From assembly GCF_003987725.1 (NCBI RefSeq), contig NZ_RXJH01000005.1: a DNA stretch of 64,000 bases. One strand, written 5' to 3'. The translations under genes and the position numbers were made by a program. The stretch is from Hyphomicrobium sp. GTDB taxonomy: Bacteria > Pseudomonadota > Alphaproteobacteria > Rhizobiales > Hyphomicrobiaceae. The notes under the pieces were generated by a model, which saw only the letters and a list, made by a program, of their open reading frames with translations, made no database searches and was not told the origin of the DNA. Shown piece after piece: positions 9,969 to 21,387 of this stretch (position 1 is its first letter; every line of letters begins with the position of its first letter).

Positions 9969-12287
9969 ATGACTCGGGACGTGCGTGTTCACTCGGCGTT
10001 TGCAGCGTTGGCCCTCGCAGGCTCCTTCACGATCGCCAGTGCACAAGAAGAAGGAACGGCACTGCCACCGGTCACGGTAACGGCCACCGAGCAAGCAAAG
10101 ATCACCAAGAAAGCCGCAAGCAAAAAGCCAAAGGCGCCTCAAAGCGCTCCATCTTCGCCTCCGGAAGCACAAGCGGCGACACCATCTTTTTCCGAGTCTG
10201 CGACTTCGCCCGTTGCTTCCGGCAACGCAATCGGCAATGCCGCGATCGACGCGCTCGCGCTCCGGTCCGCGGCCCCCAACGCCACCGTCGTGATCGAGGG
10301 CGCCCAGCTTCAGCAATACAATAGCTTGAGCATAGGCGACGCCGTGCGGCGCCTTCCGGGCGTGACGTTCCCTGGCGTCAATCGCTCGCGCGATATCAAG
10401 CTGCGCGGCATAGGCAAGGAATACACGCAGGTCTTGCTCGACGGCCGTCCGCTCATCGACGGCGATTCCAGCCGCAGCATGGAAGTCGACCGCATTCCCG
10501 CAACCTTCATCGAGCGGATTGAAATAACGCGCAGCCCCCTGGCCAGCATGCGTTCAGAGGGTGCCGCCGGCACCGTGAACATCATAACGCGCCGCGACTT
10601 CGGCCAATCGGGCGGACAGGTAACGATCGGCACCGGCTACGTCGAAGGCAACGGCACACCCGGCGAATTTTCGGCCTGGAATGGCGGACAAGTCGGTGCG
10701 CTTCGCTATTTCATCGGTGGCGGGTATCAGCGCCGTCTGGTTCAGGAAAGCTCGAACGAGTTCGTTTTCACCACGAACGGGACGACGCCCAGGGGCGGCA
10801 ACCTCATCGACCAGCATCGGAAGTTCGACGAATATACGTTCCTGTCCCGCTTCGAACTCGCGATCGACCCCGCCAACACGATCGTTTTCTCACCGACCTA
10901 TCTTCGTACAGACGAGTTCCGCGACCAGCACACGCTCCGGCTCAACAACAATCAAGCTTCAGCCAATCGCGATACGCATGAAATTCGCAACCGCATCCGC
11001 GAAACGTACGGCAGCTATCTTGAATGGCAGCACGCATTCAGCGGGGTTTCGAGCTCAAGCGTCTTCTTCGATTACCAGCGCGGACGCGAGGACACGACCC
11101 GAAAATCCACGCAAACGAGTCTGCCGGGCGGCTCGCCCGTCGTGCAGGCGCCGCGCTTCGTTCCCATTGATCTGGAACGCATCGCGTCCGGCGGCTCGGT
11201 CACGACGCGCGTCCGCGGCCATGAACTCGAAGCAGGAATTGGCTGGGCGCAGACGCAGCGGGCCGAGAACGAGGTGCGCGGCCTGACCAACGTCCCGCTT
11301 CCGGAGCGCAACTACGAGATCAGCGAAGCGATTTATCACGCCTACGTCAGCGACGCGTTTTCCGTTTTCGGCCATGACAAGCTGACGCTCGGCCTGCGGT
11401 TCGAGTACAGCATCACCGAAACGATAGATTTTGCGAAGAACCGTTTCGACAACGACTCACCGGACCTCAATCCGTCCATCCAATACAAGCTCGCGGTGGC
11501 TCCAGACCTCGATTTCAGGCTGGGCGTCGCCCGGACGCTGCGTCGTCCCGACTTGCGTGATCTGACGCCGACCATCGTTACCGGCAGCGGATCGATTGCC
11601 GATCCGGATCAGCGGGGCAATCCCGACACGTCGCCCGAGAAGATCTGGGGCTTGGATGTCGGCACCGATTTCTTCCTCTTCCAGCGATCAGGGCTTTTGT
11701 CGGCCAATCTCTTTGCGCGTTCTTTCGAGGACAAGATCGAGAGAACCCTGACCCAGGAAGGTGCCCGCTGGGTTTCGACGCCGCGCAACGCTGGCGACGG
11801 CGAACTCTACGGCGTGGAACTCGAAGGCCGGCTGCCGATGCAAATGATCGGACTTCCGGATCTGACGCTTTGGGCCAATGGAACAGCGATGAAGTCGGAA
11901 TTGACCGATCAGCAGACGGGGCAGACTCGCCGCTTTGCCGAGCAACCGGATCTGATCACGAACGTCGGCGCCGACTATTACGTGCGAGCATGGGCGACCA
12001 CATTCGGATTGGGCTACAATCGCACTTACGCCTACGATCAAAACATCGAGCTCGTGAACGGAACCTTCCAGCATACGAGCTTCTCGAATCTCGATCGCTT
12101 GGATGCTTCGGTCCGCATCTCGGTCGATGAGCACGCCGTTCTGACGTTATCGGCCAGCAACCTGCTTCGCGCCGACGACGATCGCACGCTGACGACGCGC
12201 AATTCTGCCGGGACAATCACGGGGCGGACTCACAGCATCGAGCCGTCGCCTTCGGTCTACTACGCGCGCCTGTCGTACGGCTGGTAA
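9969..12287 (+). CDS. TonB-dependent outer-membrane receptor
   Basis: Signal peptide, TonB-box-like LPPVTVTA, plug motif IERIEITRSP...GTVNIIT, GNPDxxPE, C-terminal aromatic residue. Confidence 0.92.
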   Translation: MTRDVRVHSAFAALALAGSFTIASAQEEGTALPPVTVTATEQAKITKKAASKKPKAPQSAPSSPPEAQAATPSFSESATSPVASGNAIGNAAIDALALRSAAPNATVVIEGAQLQQYNSLSIGDAVRRLPGVTFPGVNRSRDIKLRGIGKEYTQVLLDGRPLIDGDSSRSMEVDRIPATFIERIEITRSPLASMRSEGAAGTVNIITRRDFGQSGGQVTIGTGYVEGNGTPGEFSAWNGGQVGALRYFIGGGYQRRLVQESSNEFVFTTNGTTPRGGNLIDQHRKFDEYTFLSRFELAIDPANTIVFSPTYLRTDEFRDQHTLRLNNNQASANRDTHEIRNRIRETYGSYLEWQHAFSGVSSSSVFFDYQRGREDTTRKSTQTSLPGGSPVVQAPRFVPIDLERIASGGSVTTRVRGHELEAGIGWAQTQRAENEVRGLTNVPLPERNYEISEAIYHAYVSDAFSVFGHDKLTLGLRFEYSITETIDFAKNRFDNDSPDLNPSIQYKLAVAPDLDFRLGVARTLRRPDLRDLTPTIVTGSGSIADPDQRGNPDTSPEKIWGLDVGTDFFLFQRSGLLSANLFARSFEDKIERTLTQEGARWVSTPRNAGDGELYGVELEGRLPMQMIGLPDLTLWANGTAMKSELTDQQTGQTRRFAEQPDLITNVGADYYVRAWATTFGLGYNRTYAYDQNIELVNGTFQHTSFSNLDRLDASVRISVDEHAVLTLSASNLLRADDDRTLTTRNSAGTITGRTHSIEPSPSVYYARLSYGW

Positions 12288-12315
12288 CAACAAGACGGCC
12301 AACGATGAGGCACAG

Positions 12316-12356
12316 AAAATTTGCGCACGGTCAGGAGATCGTGCGCAATTTTTTTT
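12316..12356 (+). terminator. Rho-independent terminator after the TBDR
   Basis: ttgcgcacg...cgtgcgcaa hairpin followed by a T run. Confidence 0.7.
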
Positions 12357-12593
12357 CCAAAGCGCTTTTCCACGAAGACATAAGCGAAATCGTCGCCTGC
12401 GTTGACGATTGCACGCGCCGAGCATGTCGTAGATCTGAGGATGTCGGAGACCGCGGGTCACGTCGCGCGCGCAATAAAGACCCGCAGCCGCACGCGCCTG
12501 CCCGGTCCTTCGAGCCTATGACGTGATCGCACCGGGAACACACCCGGCGCCAAATTCGCCCAAAGGTCGAATTCTCGAACTCATTAATTCTGG

Positions 12594-12668
12594 TGGTGAG
12601 CCCGGTTGGGATCGAACCAACGACCCTCTGATTAAAAGTCAGATGCTCTACCGCTGAGCTACGGGCCC
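12594..12668 (-). tRNA. tRNA-Lys(UUU), copy 1
   Basis: 75-nt cloverleaf GGGCCCG...CGGGCTCACCA, anticodon loop CTTTTAA, encoded CCA. Confidence 0.97.
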
Positions 12669-12743
12669 TTTCGCATCAATGACTTAGCAGTCGTACGAAG
12701 CCTTATTTTACGGGATCTGGCGGAGAAAGTCGCACGCTCCTGC

Positions 12744-13256
12744 TCAAAGCTCTTGAAGACCGAGTTCACCCATATACTCCCGGCCCTTGACGCTCAAAGA
12801 AAGATAATCAGGGCTAGATTTCACGCCATTCATGTACACTCCGGTGGCGGCTAAAGTCACTGTGACCAGCTCAGCATCGATGATCCGCTTCAACAAAATC
12901 ATCATCATGGGTGGCCACGGCAGGACTGCGTTTGGCTCCTGCTGGAAGAGATTGAACAGCACATCCATTTCGAGCTGCGAGTACTTGTCATGAAGGAAAC
13001 GGAGATTGGATTTGTAGAGGCGCAGACTCTTACGATCGATTTCGTCTCTGTCCGCTCGGCGATGACAGTTTGGACAAAGCGCTATCAGATTTTCGTACTC
13101 ATGGGTTTTGCATTTTGCCCACGGAATGATGTGGTGAACGTCCACCTCGATATATCGGCACGTCGGGATCGCACACCGGTGGCCCGCTTCGACCAAAACT
13201 CGCCGACGTAATTCGGCAGGAATCGGAGGTCTGCCTTCTTCGTCCGAGAAAGACAT
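12744..13256 (-). CDS. HNH endonuclease with a probable C-terminal winged-helix-like region
   Basis: CAIPTC...VHHII...NLIALCPNCH zinc-finger HNH motif. Confidence 0.88.
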   Translation of the reverse strand: MSFSDEEGRPPIPAELRRRVLVEAGHRCAIPTCRYIEVDVHHIIPWAKCKTHEYENLIALCPNCHRRADRDEIDRKSLRLYKSNLRFLHDKYSQLEMDVLFNLFQQEPNAVLPWPPMMMILLKRIIDAELVTVTLAATGVYMNGVKSSPDYLSLSVKGREYMGELGLQEL

Positions 13257-13457
13257 TGCTGATCGTCTCTTGCTGACGGGAGCGAGCGCGAAGCCTATAC
13301 GGCGTGTCGATTACCTACCGCGAAACGACCGAGGAAAATGATCATCTCAATCACGCGGGAAATCTGATTTTAGACCGTGCGACTTCCTGAAATTGATCCC
13401 CGGGCCACTTTTCTTCTTACGTTCCCTCACGAAAATCGCGCAACTCATTGAAATTGG

Positions 13458-13532
13458 TGGTGAGCCCGGTTGGGATCGAACCAACGACCCTCTGATTAAA
13501 AGTCAGATGCTCTACCGCTGAGCTACGGGCCC
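13458..13532 (-). tRNA. tRNA-Lys(UUU), copy 2
   Basis: Identical to copy 1. Confidence 0.97.
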
Positions 13533-13816
13533 TTTAACGCACCAAAATCAATAGCTTGGACGAAAACAATTCGTCCGGCGCCAGTCCGGCCCATGCCTTG
13601 CCGCACCCCCTCGAGGACTGCGGCGCGTCGCGCGCCGAAGCGAGCTTATAGAAACGGGGCTCGGAACCCGCAACCCTCATTCCACCAGCCCTTCTGGCGG
13701 ATAGTCGCAGCCCTGCACAAACGTGGGTGGCCCGGCCCCGGCTTGCGCGGTATATCACAGCCAAGACGCGGCCACCGCCCCTTGGCGCTCGTGACCGTCA
13801 GCAAACAGGAACTGCC

Positions 13817-14011
13817 ATGCCTGACCCAGAAGCCCTCGCCGAGATCGAGCAGCGCATCGCCATCATCCGCGACAACCTCCGCGAGCTCGTTGAACAGGCG
13901 GCCGGCTATTCAGGCGCTGCGGACGAAGAACTCAACTCCGACCGCATCGCCAATCAGCAGGCCCGGCTCGACGCCCTTCTGAAAGAGCGCGACGAGTTGC
14001 TCAAGCAATAG
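13817..14011 (+). CDS. Small coiled-coil hypothetical protein
   Basis: MPDPEALAEIEQRIAIIRDNLRELVEQAA...; AGGA RBS. Confidence 0.7.
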   Translation: MPDPEALAEIEQRIAIIRDNLRELVEQAAGYSGAADEELNSDRIANQQARLDALLKERDELLKQ

Positions 14012-14138
14012 CTCCCGCGCCTCGTCTCCATCCGCGTACGCTCCACGATAAATTCAGCATTCCAGCCATCCGCATCCCGCGCCGCGCTCTTCCCAGGCTA
14101 GCGGCGGGCTTGCGCTCCACCTTTGAAGCTTCACGAAC

Positions 14139-15035
14139 ATGCCCGATCGGCTGAAAGCCATTCTCCTGATGTGCACGGCGGTGACGCTGTTTGCCGCCCT
14201 GGACACGTCCGCCAAGTACCTCGTCATGAAGACGGGCATCCCGACGTCGGAGATCGTGTGGCTGCGCTTTCTCGGCCAGGTCCTTTGCATGGCGGCCGTG
14301 CTCGGCCCCGCCGCGATGCCGAAGCTCCTCAAAACCAACAGTCTCAATCTTCAGCTGACGCGGTCGTCGTTGATGCTGGCAACCACCATCTTCAACTTCA
14401 TCGCGGTGAAATATCTGCGGCTCGACCAGACGGTTTCCATCACCTTCCTGACGCCCCTCATCGTTGCGGCGCTCGCCGTACCGCTTCTTGGCGAGCACAT
14501 CGGCTGGCACCGGGCTGCAGCTATTTTCGTCGGCTTTCTCGGCGTTCTGATCGTCGTCCGGCCGGGCGTCTCGGCCGTGCATCCGGCCTTCATCGCCGCG
14601 TTTCTTTCGATGCTCGCCTATTCCCTGCTGATCATCGTCACGCGCCGCCTGACGATGCTGGACTCCTCGCTCGTAACGCTGTTCTGGGGAACGGTTGTCG
14701 GCAGCATCGCGGCCGCCCCGTTCGCGATCAGCCAATGGGTGTGGCCCGAGGGCGTATGGCCGTGGGTTCTACTGCTGGCGCTCGGCATGTTGGGCGGCGG
14801 CGGTCACTATCTCATCATCCAGGCGTACCGCTTCGCGCCGGTGTCCGTCGTGACGCCGTTCCTCTACTTCGAGCTGATCAGCATGATCACGCTGAGCTAC
14901 GTTGTCTTCGGCGATCAGCCGGATCGCTGGAGCTTCGTCGGTGCACTCGTCATCGTCGCGTCAGGTCTCTACCTGATCCATCGCGAACGCATCGCCCACC
15001 GCGAGAGCCTCATGACTCTTGAGCCTGTGGATTAG
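14139..15035 (+). CDS. DMT/EamA family transporter
   Basis: About 10 TM helices, two EamA repeats ([13 protein letters not shown]). Confidence 0.9.
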   Translation: MPDRLKAILLMCTAVTLFAALDTSAKYLVMKTGIPTSEIVWLRFLGQVLCMAAVLGPAAMPKLLKTNSLNLQLTRSSLMLATTIFNFIAVKYLRLDQTVSITFLTPLIVAALAVPLLGEHIGWHRAAAIFVGFLGVLIVVRPGVSAVHPAFIAAFLSMLAYSLLIIVTRRLTMLDSSLVTLFWGTVVGSIAAAPFAISQWVWPEGVWPWVLLLALGMLGGGGHYLIIQAYRFAPVSVVTPFLYFELISMITLSYVVFGDQPDRWSFVGALVIVASGLYLIHRERIAHRESLMTLEPVD

Positions 15036-16200
15036 GAATGATGCGCGCCTTCGTCTCCGCCGCCCAAGCTTCGAAGTGCCCCTCCTCGATCGCCGATCGC
15101 ATCGCCGCCATCAGCTCCTGGTAGAAGACGGTGTTGACCCACGACAGGATCATCGCACCGAGATACTCGCCCGACTTGATCAGGTGATGAACGTAGGCGC
15201 GGGAATAGTCGCGCGCCGCCGGGCACGAGCTTAGCGCGTCGAGCGGCGCCGGATCCTCGGCATGCTTCGAGTTGCGCATGTTGAGCGGGCCGTTCCAGGT
15301 GAAGGCATAGCCGTGGCGCCCGTTCCGCGTCGGCATCACGCAATCGAACATGTCGACGCCGAGCCGCACGGCCTCGATGAGGTCGAGCGGCGTGCCGACG
15401 CCCATCAGATAGCGCGGCTTGTCGGCCGGAAGATGCGGCAGCGTCTCTCCAAGCGTCGCGATCATCGCCTCATGGCCCTCGCCGACAGCAAGTCCGCCGA
15501 CCGCATACCCCGGGAAGTTCATCGCCACGAGCGCTTCCGCCGAACGCTGACGCAGCTCGATGTCCGTGCCACCCTGCACGATGGCGAACAGCGCCTGGCC
15601 CGGCTTTGCGCCACCCGCTGCAAGTTGTACCTCGAATGCACGCTTCGACCGCTCGGCCCAGCGAAGCGACAACTCCATCGCCCGTTCGACTTCTTTGCGC
15701 TCCGCCGGAAGCTCGATGCACTCGTCGAACTGCATTTGAATATCGGCGCCGAGCAGGCACTGAATCTCGATCGACCGCTCCGGCGATAGCATGTGCCGCG
15801 AGCCGTCGAGATGCGATTGAAACGCGACGCCCTCTTCCGTGATCTTGCGGATCTTGCCGAGGCTCATCACCTGGAAGCCGCCGGAATCCGTCAGGATCGG
15901 CTTTTCCCAGCGCATGAATTTATGCAAGCCGCCGAGCTTCGCGACGCGCTCCGCGCCGGGACGCAGCATCAGATGATACGTATTGCCGAGAAGAATATCG
16001 GCGCCCGCGTCGCGCACCTGCTCCGGATAGAGCGCCTTGACGGTCGCGACCGTGCCGACGGGCATGAAGGCCGGCGTGCGGATGATCCCGCGCGGCGTCA
16101 CGATCTCGCCGCGTCGCGCCTTCCCGTCCTGTTTCAGAAGGCGATAGCCGAAGGCCGGCGAGGATGTCTCAGGCGCGTGTTCCGGTGTCGTGACGTTCAT
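15010..16200 (-). CDS. tgt: Queuine tRNA-ribosyltransferase
   Basis: [33 protein letters not shown] motifs. Confidence 0.97.
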   Translation of the reverse strand: MNVTTPEHAPETSSPAFGYRLLKQDGKARRGEIVTPRGIIRTPAFMPVGTVATVKALYPEQVRDAGADILLGNTYHLMLRPGAERVAKLGGLHKFMRWEKPILTDSGGFQVMSLGKIRKITEEGVAFQSHLDGSRHMLSPERSIEIQCLLGADIQMQFDECIELPAERKEVERAMELSLRWAERSKRAFEVQLAAGGAKPGQALFAIVQGGTDIELRQRSAEALVAMNFPGYAVGGLAVGEGHEAMIATLGETLPHLPADKPRYLMGVGTPLDLIEAVRLGVDMFDCVMPTRNGRHGYAFTWNGPLNMRNSKHAEDPAPLDALSSCPAARDYSRAYVHHLIKSGEYLGAMILSWVNTVFYQELMAAMRSAIEEGHFEAWAAETKARIIPNPQAQES

Positions 16201-16269
16201 CGATCTCATTCAAAACGGCGGCCGCCGCGACGAAGTCATATCCCCGCTCGCGGCAGCAGTGGTTGCTCT

Positions 16270-17445
16270 CTACTTCCCGATCTTCTCGACGACGCCTTTG
16301 CCCGGCTCGATGATGAGCTTGCTGAAGTTCGGCGCCGCATCGCTGTGCACCAGATCCGCCGTCGGCGCGCCCGTCGTGATGAAGGCGTTGATATCCTTCG
16401 CCACCGTTTCCGCCGCCGACCATTGGATGTTATGGCCTATGTCGCTCTCCTGCGCCCCGGAAGCCGGAAGCGGAAGCTTCCCATATTCCTTCCAGTAGAA
16501 GGTTAAGCCCGACTTGGCAGCCGCCGCCTTGAGCGCGGCTTTGATCTCGTCCTGATCCTTCGCCAGATAGATGCTGTCCTGCGTCGCCCACATGACGAGG
16601 GTCGGCACAGACATGCTCTCTAGTCGCGCGGTGTTGTCCTGCGCGAGAAGCCCTTTCGTCGCGCCGATCCACGTCCCGAGCTTCGTCTTCGCGGTCTCCG
16701 GCGTGTAAGGCTCGAGGAACGAGGCCTCTGCGGCCGGATCGATGGTCCAGTTTGCCGCGATCCACTCGCTGGCCTTCGGGTCGGCATCGAGCGGCGTCAA
16801 CTCGTAGACGTCCGCTGGAAACGCCTTGCCCTGGGCTTCGAGCGACTTCTTCCACGCGCCTTCGATCGTCTGATTGAGAACGAAATCGCCCAGCGCCGCA
16901 TTGCCGACGCTCTTCGCCCCCGTCGCGTTCAAAATCGCGTGGCTCACCATCTCGGGATGCGTGAGCGCAATCTCTTGCACCACGAACGACCCCATCGAAT
17001 GTCCGGCGAGGTCGGCTTTGTGAATGTCCTTCTCGTCCATGAAGGCGATCACATCGCCCGCGAGATCCGAGATGCGATAGCAGGCCTCCGGTGCGGCCGC
17101 ACACGTCTTGGCGTCCGGCATGCTGCTCTGCCCATGGCCGCGCAAATCAACGGCGATGATGCGGAGTTTCGGATCGAGTTTGTGCAGCGCATCCATGCTC
17201 AATGACCACGACCGCACGCTGTCGGTCAGACCGTGAATGAGAATGACGGGTTTGCCGTCGGCCGGACCGACTTCGATGTAGGCCATGTCGATGCCGGTCG
17301 GAAGTTTTTGCACGCAGCGCGGGACATTGACCGAAGTGCAAGCCGCGTCGGCCTTTGCGACGTCTGCCGAGAGAAGGACGAACGGCGTCGTCGCGAGCCA
17401 AGCGAATGCCGCAAAGGCCCGTGTCATTCCAGTTCTCGATGTCAT
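16270..17445 (-). CDS. Secreted alpha/beta-fold hydrolase
   Basis: Signal peptide, LIHG, DLRGHG, nucleophile elbow GHSMG. Confidence 0.88.
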   Translation of the reverse strand: MTSRTGMTRAFAAFAWLATTPFVLLSADVAKADAACTSVNVPRCVQKLPTGIDMAYIEVGPADGKPVILIHGLTDSVRSWSLSMDALHKLDPKLRIIAVDLRGHGQSSMPDAKTCAAAPEACYRISDLAGDVIAFMDEKDIHKADLAGHSMGSFVVQEIALTHPEMVSHAILNATGAKSVGNAALGDFVLNQTIEGAWKKSLEAQGKAFPADVYELTPLDADPKASEWIAANWTIDPAAEASFLEPYTPETAKTKLGTWIGATKGLLAQDNTARLESMSVPTLVMWATQDSIYLAKDQDEIKAALKAAAAKSGLTFYWKEYGKLPLPASGAQESDIGHNIQWSAAETVAKDINAFITTGAPTADLVHSDAAPNFSKLIIEPGKGVVEKIGK

Positions 17446-17530
17446 GGAATACCCAGCTCTATGATGATGCGACGCACTGAGCGGCTTCGACCGGATCGCG
17501 CGGCCCTTCCTCGCTGCCGGTCCAGCTATA

Positions 17531-18631
<1,101 letters not shown>

Positions 18632-18653
18632 CAAAAGACTTTAGATGAGCAGC

Positions 18654-19061
18654 TCAGCGCTTGGCGAGCGCCTCTGCAATGGCGAGGCATGCGACGAGCA
18701 GCCAGCTGACGATCATCAAGCTTCCGCCAATGGGCGCCAGCATCTGCAACGAGGCGTCGTTCGAGAACGTGTGATACGCGATCTCGCCCGTGAAGAGAGA
18801 AGCGGCAAAAAGCATGAGCAGCGCCACCGCGCTCCAGAGCTTTGACCACGCCGCGCGCAATGCGACGGCAAAAATTCCAACCGCCGATGCAGCGTGCAGC
18901 GTCAGCATCGTCGCCGCCGTTCCGAGCGCCGGACTGTCGACCTTATGCGCAGCAGCAGCCGCAAGGCCGACGCCCGCGGCACCCGCGAGACCCGCCCACA
19001 CCAGAATGAGAAAAGGCGCGCCGCTTGGCGCGCCTTGTCCGTTATAGCCAGTGTCGCGCAT
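18654..19061 (-). CDS. DUF423 (YgdD-like) membrane protein
   Basis: GVGLAAAAAH...LHA...APIGG..W pattern. Confidence 0.7.
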   Translation of the reverse strand: MRDTGYNGQGAPSGAPFLILVWAGLAGAAGVGLAAAAAHKVDSPALGTAATMLTLHAASAVGIFAVALRAAWSKLWSAVALLMLFAASLFTGEIAYHTFSNDASLQMLAPIGGSLMIVSWLLVACLAIAEALAKR

Positions 19062-19537
19062 CAGGCGGCGTCCGCTGCGACGCGAACCTTGACCATCTTG
19101 TCCGGGTTCTTCGGCGGTTCGCCCTTGCTGATCTTATCGACGTTGTCCATGCCTTCGATCACCTTGCCCCAGACCGTGTACTGCTTGTCCAGGAAGGTCG
19201 CGTCATCGAAGCAGATGAAGAATTGGCTGTTCGCCGAATTGGGATTGGCAGAGCGCGCCATCGAGCAGACGCCGCGCACGTGCGGTTCCGCGTTGAACTC
19301 GGCAGGCAGGTTCGGCAATTTCGAACCACCCGTGCCGCGCCCCTGCGGACAACCCGTCTGCGCCATGAAACCGTCGATCACGCGGTGAAAGACGATGCCA
19401 TCATAGAAGCCTTCGCGCGCCAGCGTCTTGATGCGCTCGACGTGCTTCGGCGCCAGATCCGGGCGCAGCTCGATCACAACGGGGCCCTTGCTCGTCTCGA
19501 TGATGAGCGTGTTTTCGGGGTCTTTATATTCGGCCAT
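19061..19537 (-). CDS. Cyclophilin-type peptidyl-prolyl isomerase (cytoplasmic)
   Basis: FYDGIVFHRVIDGFMAQTG, SANSQFFICF motifs. Confidence 0.95.
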   Translation of the reverse strand: MAEYKDPENTLIIETSKGPVVIELRPDLAPKHVERIKTLAREGFYDGIVFHRVIDGFMAQTGCPQGRGTGGSKLPNLPAEFNAEPHVRGVCSMARSANPNSANSQFFICFDDATFLDKQYTVWGKVIEGMDNVDKISKGEPPKNPDKMVKVRVAADAA

Positions 19538-19559
19538 TTTGAAAATTCCTTTCTCTTGT

Positions 19560-19675
19560 CCCCTCTCCCCGTTGGCGGGGAGAGGGTTGGGGTGAGGGGC
19601 GGCAGTCCGAACGAAGCGCCACAGCCCCTCACCCCAGCCCTCTATCCATCGCCAAGTGGCGATGGATAGAGGGAG
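19560..19675. repeat. REP-like multi-hairpin intergenic palindrome
   Basis: ccctctcccc/ggggagaggg, ggggtgaggggc/gcccctcacccc and ccctctatccatcgcc/ggcgatggatagaggg stems. Confidence 0.75.
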
Positions 19676-19681
19676 TTTCAA

Positions 19682-20221
19682 TTACTGCACGTAGACCTTC
19701 AGCATCGTGTCCGGATTGGTTACCGTTCCCGAACCCGGCGCACCGCGTTTGATCAGGTCAACGAACTCCATACCCTCAACGACCTGGCCGAAGATCGTGT
19801 AGCTGCCTTTGAGGCTCGCACATCCGATGCTGTTGAAGCAGATGAAGAACTGGCTGTTTGCCGAATTGGGATCGGATGTCCGCGCCATCGCGACGGTGCC
19901 GCGCTTGAATTCTTCATTGGAAAATTCGGCCGGGAGATCGGGAAGCTTCGAGCCGCCAGCGCCCGTTCCCGTCGGATCACCCGTCTGCGCCATGAAGTCG
20001 TCCATGACGCGATGCCATTTGATGCCGTTGTAGAAGCCCTGGTTGGCGAGCGTCTTGATCTGCTCGACGGTCTTCGGCGCAAGCTCGGGCCGGAGCTGAA
20101 TGACGACCTTGCCGTTCTTGAGCTCGATGACGAGCTTATCGCCCGCGGCCTCAGCCGAAAATGTTCCGAACGCGCTCAGCGCGAGCATCGACGCGAGAAT
20201 AATCGAAAGCAGTCTGACCAT
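19682..20221 (-). CDS. Cyclophilin-type peptidyl-prolyl isomerase (exported)
   Basis: Signal peptide plus WHRVMDDFMAQTGDP and SANSQFFICF. Confidence 0.95.
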   Translation of the reverse strand: MVRLLSIILASMLALSAFGTFSAEAAGDKLVIELKNGKVVIQLRPELAPKTVEQIKTLANQGFYNGIKWHRVMDDFMAQTGDPTGTGAGGSKLPDLPAEFSNEEFKRGTVAMARTSDPNSANSQFFICFNSIGCASLKGSYTIFGQVVEGMEFVDLIKRGAPGSGTVTNPDTMLKVYVQ

Positions 20222-20364
20222 GGCGCTCCTCGTGGATTTATGATTTCGCCGGCGATTTTGTCTGTCGATCACTGCCGCCGGGCCGTAGCGGCGGGCAGTG
20301 TTGCCGCCCTTATGGCGATTTGACGGCTGCCCCGCAAGAGACCGATTAGGCCGGGTGGGCGAGC

Positions 20365-20766
20365 CTAGGGCCGGAGTTTCATGCCCCGCGATCGTCCGGG
20401 CGGCCTGCCTTCCGGAGGCGGCGGCTCCACGGGCGATGCATTCTTTAAGTATGCAGCATCCAGAGACACCAGAAGATGCCGGGCCATGTCCTGGACGATC
20501 CCCGCGGGAGAAACCATCACGCCTTCGCGGACCAGTCGTGCGAACTGCTGATCGCGATAGAGCCCCCGGCCGATGGCGCCGCCCTTCGCAACAACGCGGT
20601 GCCAGGGCACCAGATCGCGTTCGTCGTCCGTCAGCTGCGCGAGCATCGTCATAGCGAGCGGCGCCGGAATTCCGATCTCGCCTGCAAGGCGCTCTGCCGT
20701 CGTCACGCGTCCGAGCGGGATGTGCCGGAGCAACGTCAGCAGGTCAGCTTTGGGTCTTGAGGTCAT
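20365..20766 (-). CDS. MGMT family / Atl-like alkyltransferase-related protein
   Basis: IPLGRVTT...VPWHRVV; Trp in place of the catalytic Cys of PCHR, as in Atl/YbaZ. Confidence 0.8.
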   Translation of the reverse strand: MTSRPKADLLTLLRHIPLGRVTTAERLAGEIGIPAPLAMTMLAQLTDDERDLVPWHRVVAKGGAIGRGLYRDQQFARLVREGVMVSPAGIVQDMARHLLVSLDAAYLKNASPVEPPPPEGRPPGRSRGMKLRP

Positions 20767-20776
20767 GAGACGCGCA

Positions 20777-21280
20777 TTAACGCGATTTCGGCGCTTTCGC
20801 CTTGAGACGCTTCAGCACGGCTTTCGAGACGAACGGCGAAGGATCGCCGCCCATTGCCGCGACGGCACGCACCAGGTTCGCTGCGATGTGCCGGACCGAA
20901 GGCGAGGCCGCAACGTAGACGGTCTGAATTTCCGGCGCCATTTCGCCGTTCATGCCGGCCATCTGCATCTCGTAGTCGAAATCTGTGCCGTCGCGGAGGC
21001 CCCGGATGATGATCGACGCAGCATTCGTCCGCGCCGCATCAATCGCGAGCCCCGAGAACGTCACGACCGAAATCTCCGTACCCGTTGCCTCGGCGATCGA
21101 GCGAACTTCTTCCTCGAGCATCGCAACGCGTTCCGCGTCGCCAAACATTGGCGCTTTTCCCGGATTGATCCCGATGCCGATGACGAGCTTATCCAAAAGC
21201 CCCGTCGCGCGCCGGATCACGTCGGTATGCCCGAGCGTCACGGGATCGAAAGAACCGGAATAAAAGCCGATGCGCATCAT
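20777..21280 (-). CDS. coaD: Phosphopantetheine adenylyltransferase
   Basis: YSGSFDPVTLGH, IIRGLR..TDFDYE motifs. Confidence 0.96.
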   Translation of the reverse strand: MMRIGFYSGSFDPVTLGHTDVIRRATGLLDKLVIGIGINPGKAPMFGDAERVAMLEEEVRSIAEATGTEISVVTFSGLAIDAARTNAASIIIRGLRDGTDFDYEMQMAGMNGEMAPEIQTVYVAASPSVRHIAANLVRAVAAMGGDPSPFVSKAVLKRLKAKAPKSR

Positions 21281-21387
21281 GAGAGCCTTCGCAAATCAGG
21301 ACGCTCCTGAATAGCGTTGGCCGTGATCCTTGCCCAGAGGCATCCCGCAGACTTCAACGGATAGGATGAATTTCGCCGTTTCGCCCG

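Larger units (their letters stand above)
12591..13535. repeat. 81-bp perfect direct repeat (12591-12671 and 13455-13535), each containing a whole tRNA-Lys
   Basis: Direct base-by-base comparison. Confidence 0.95.

Noticed and set aside
15010-15035. 26-bp convergent overlap of the DMT gene and tgt
   Set aside because: Common and uninformative.
19061-19681. N-terminal extension of the cyclophilin ORF (MKLPLSIATW...)
   Set aside because: The extension is translated palindromic repeat; the real start is 19537.
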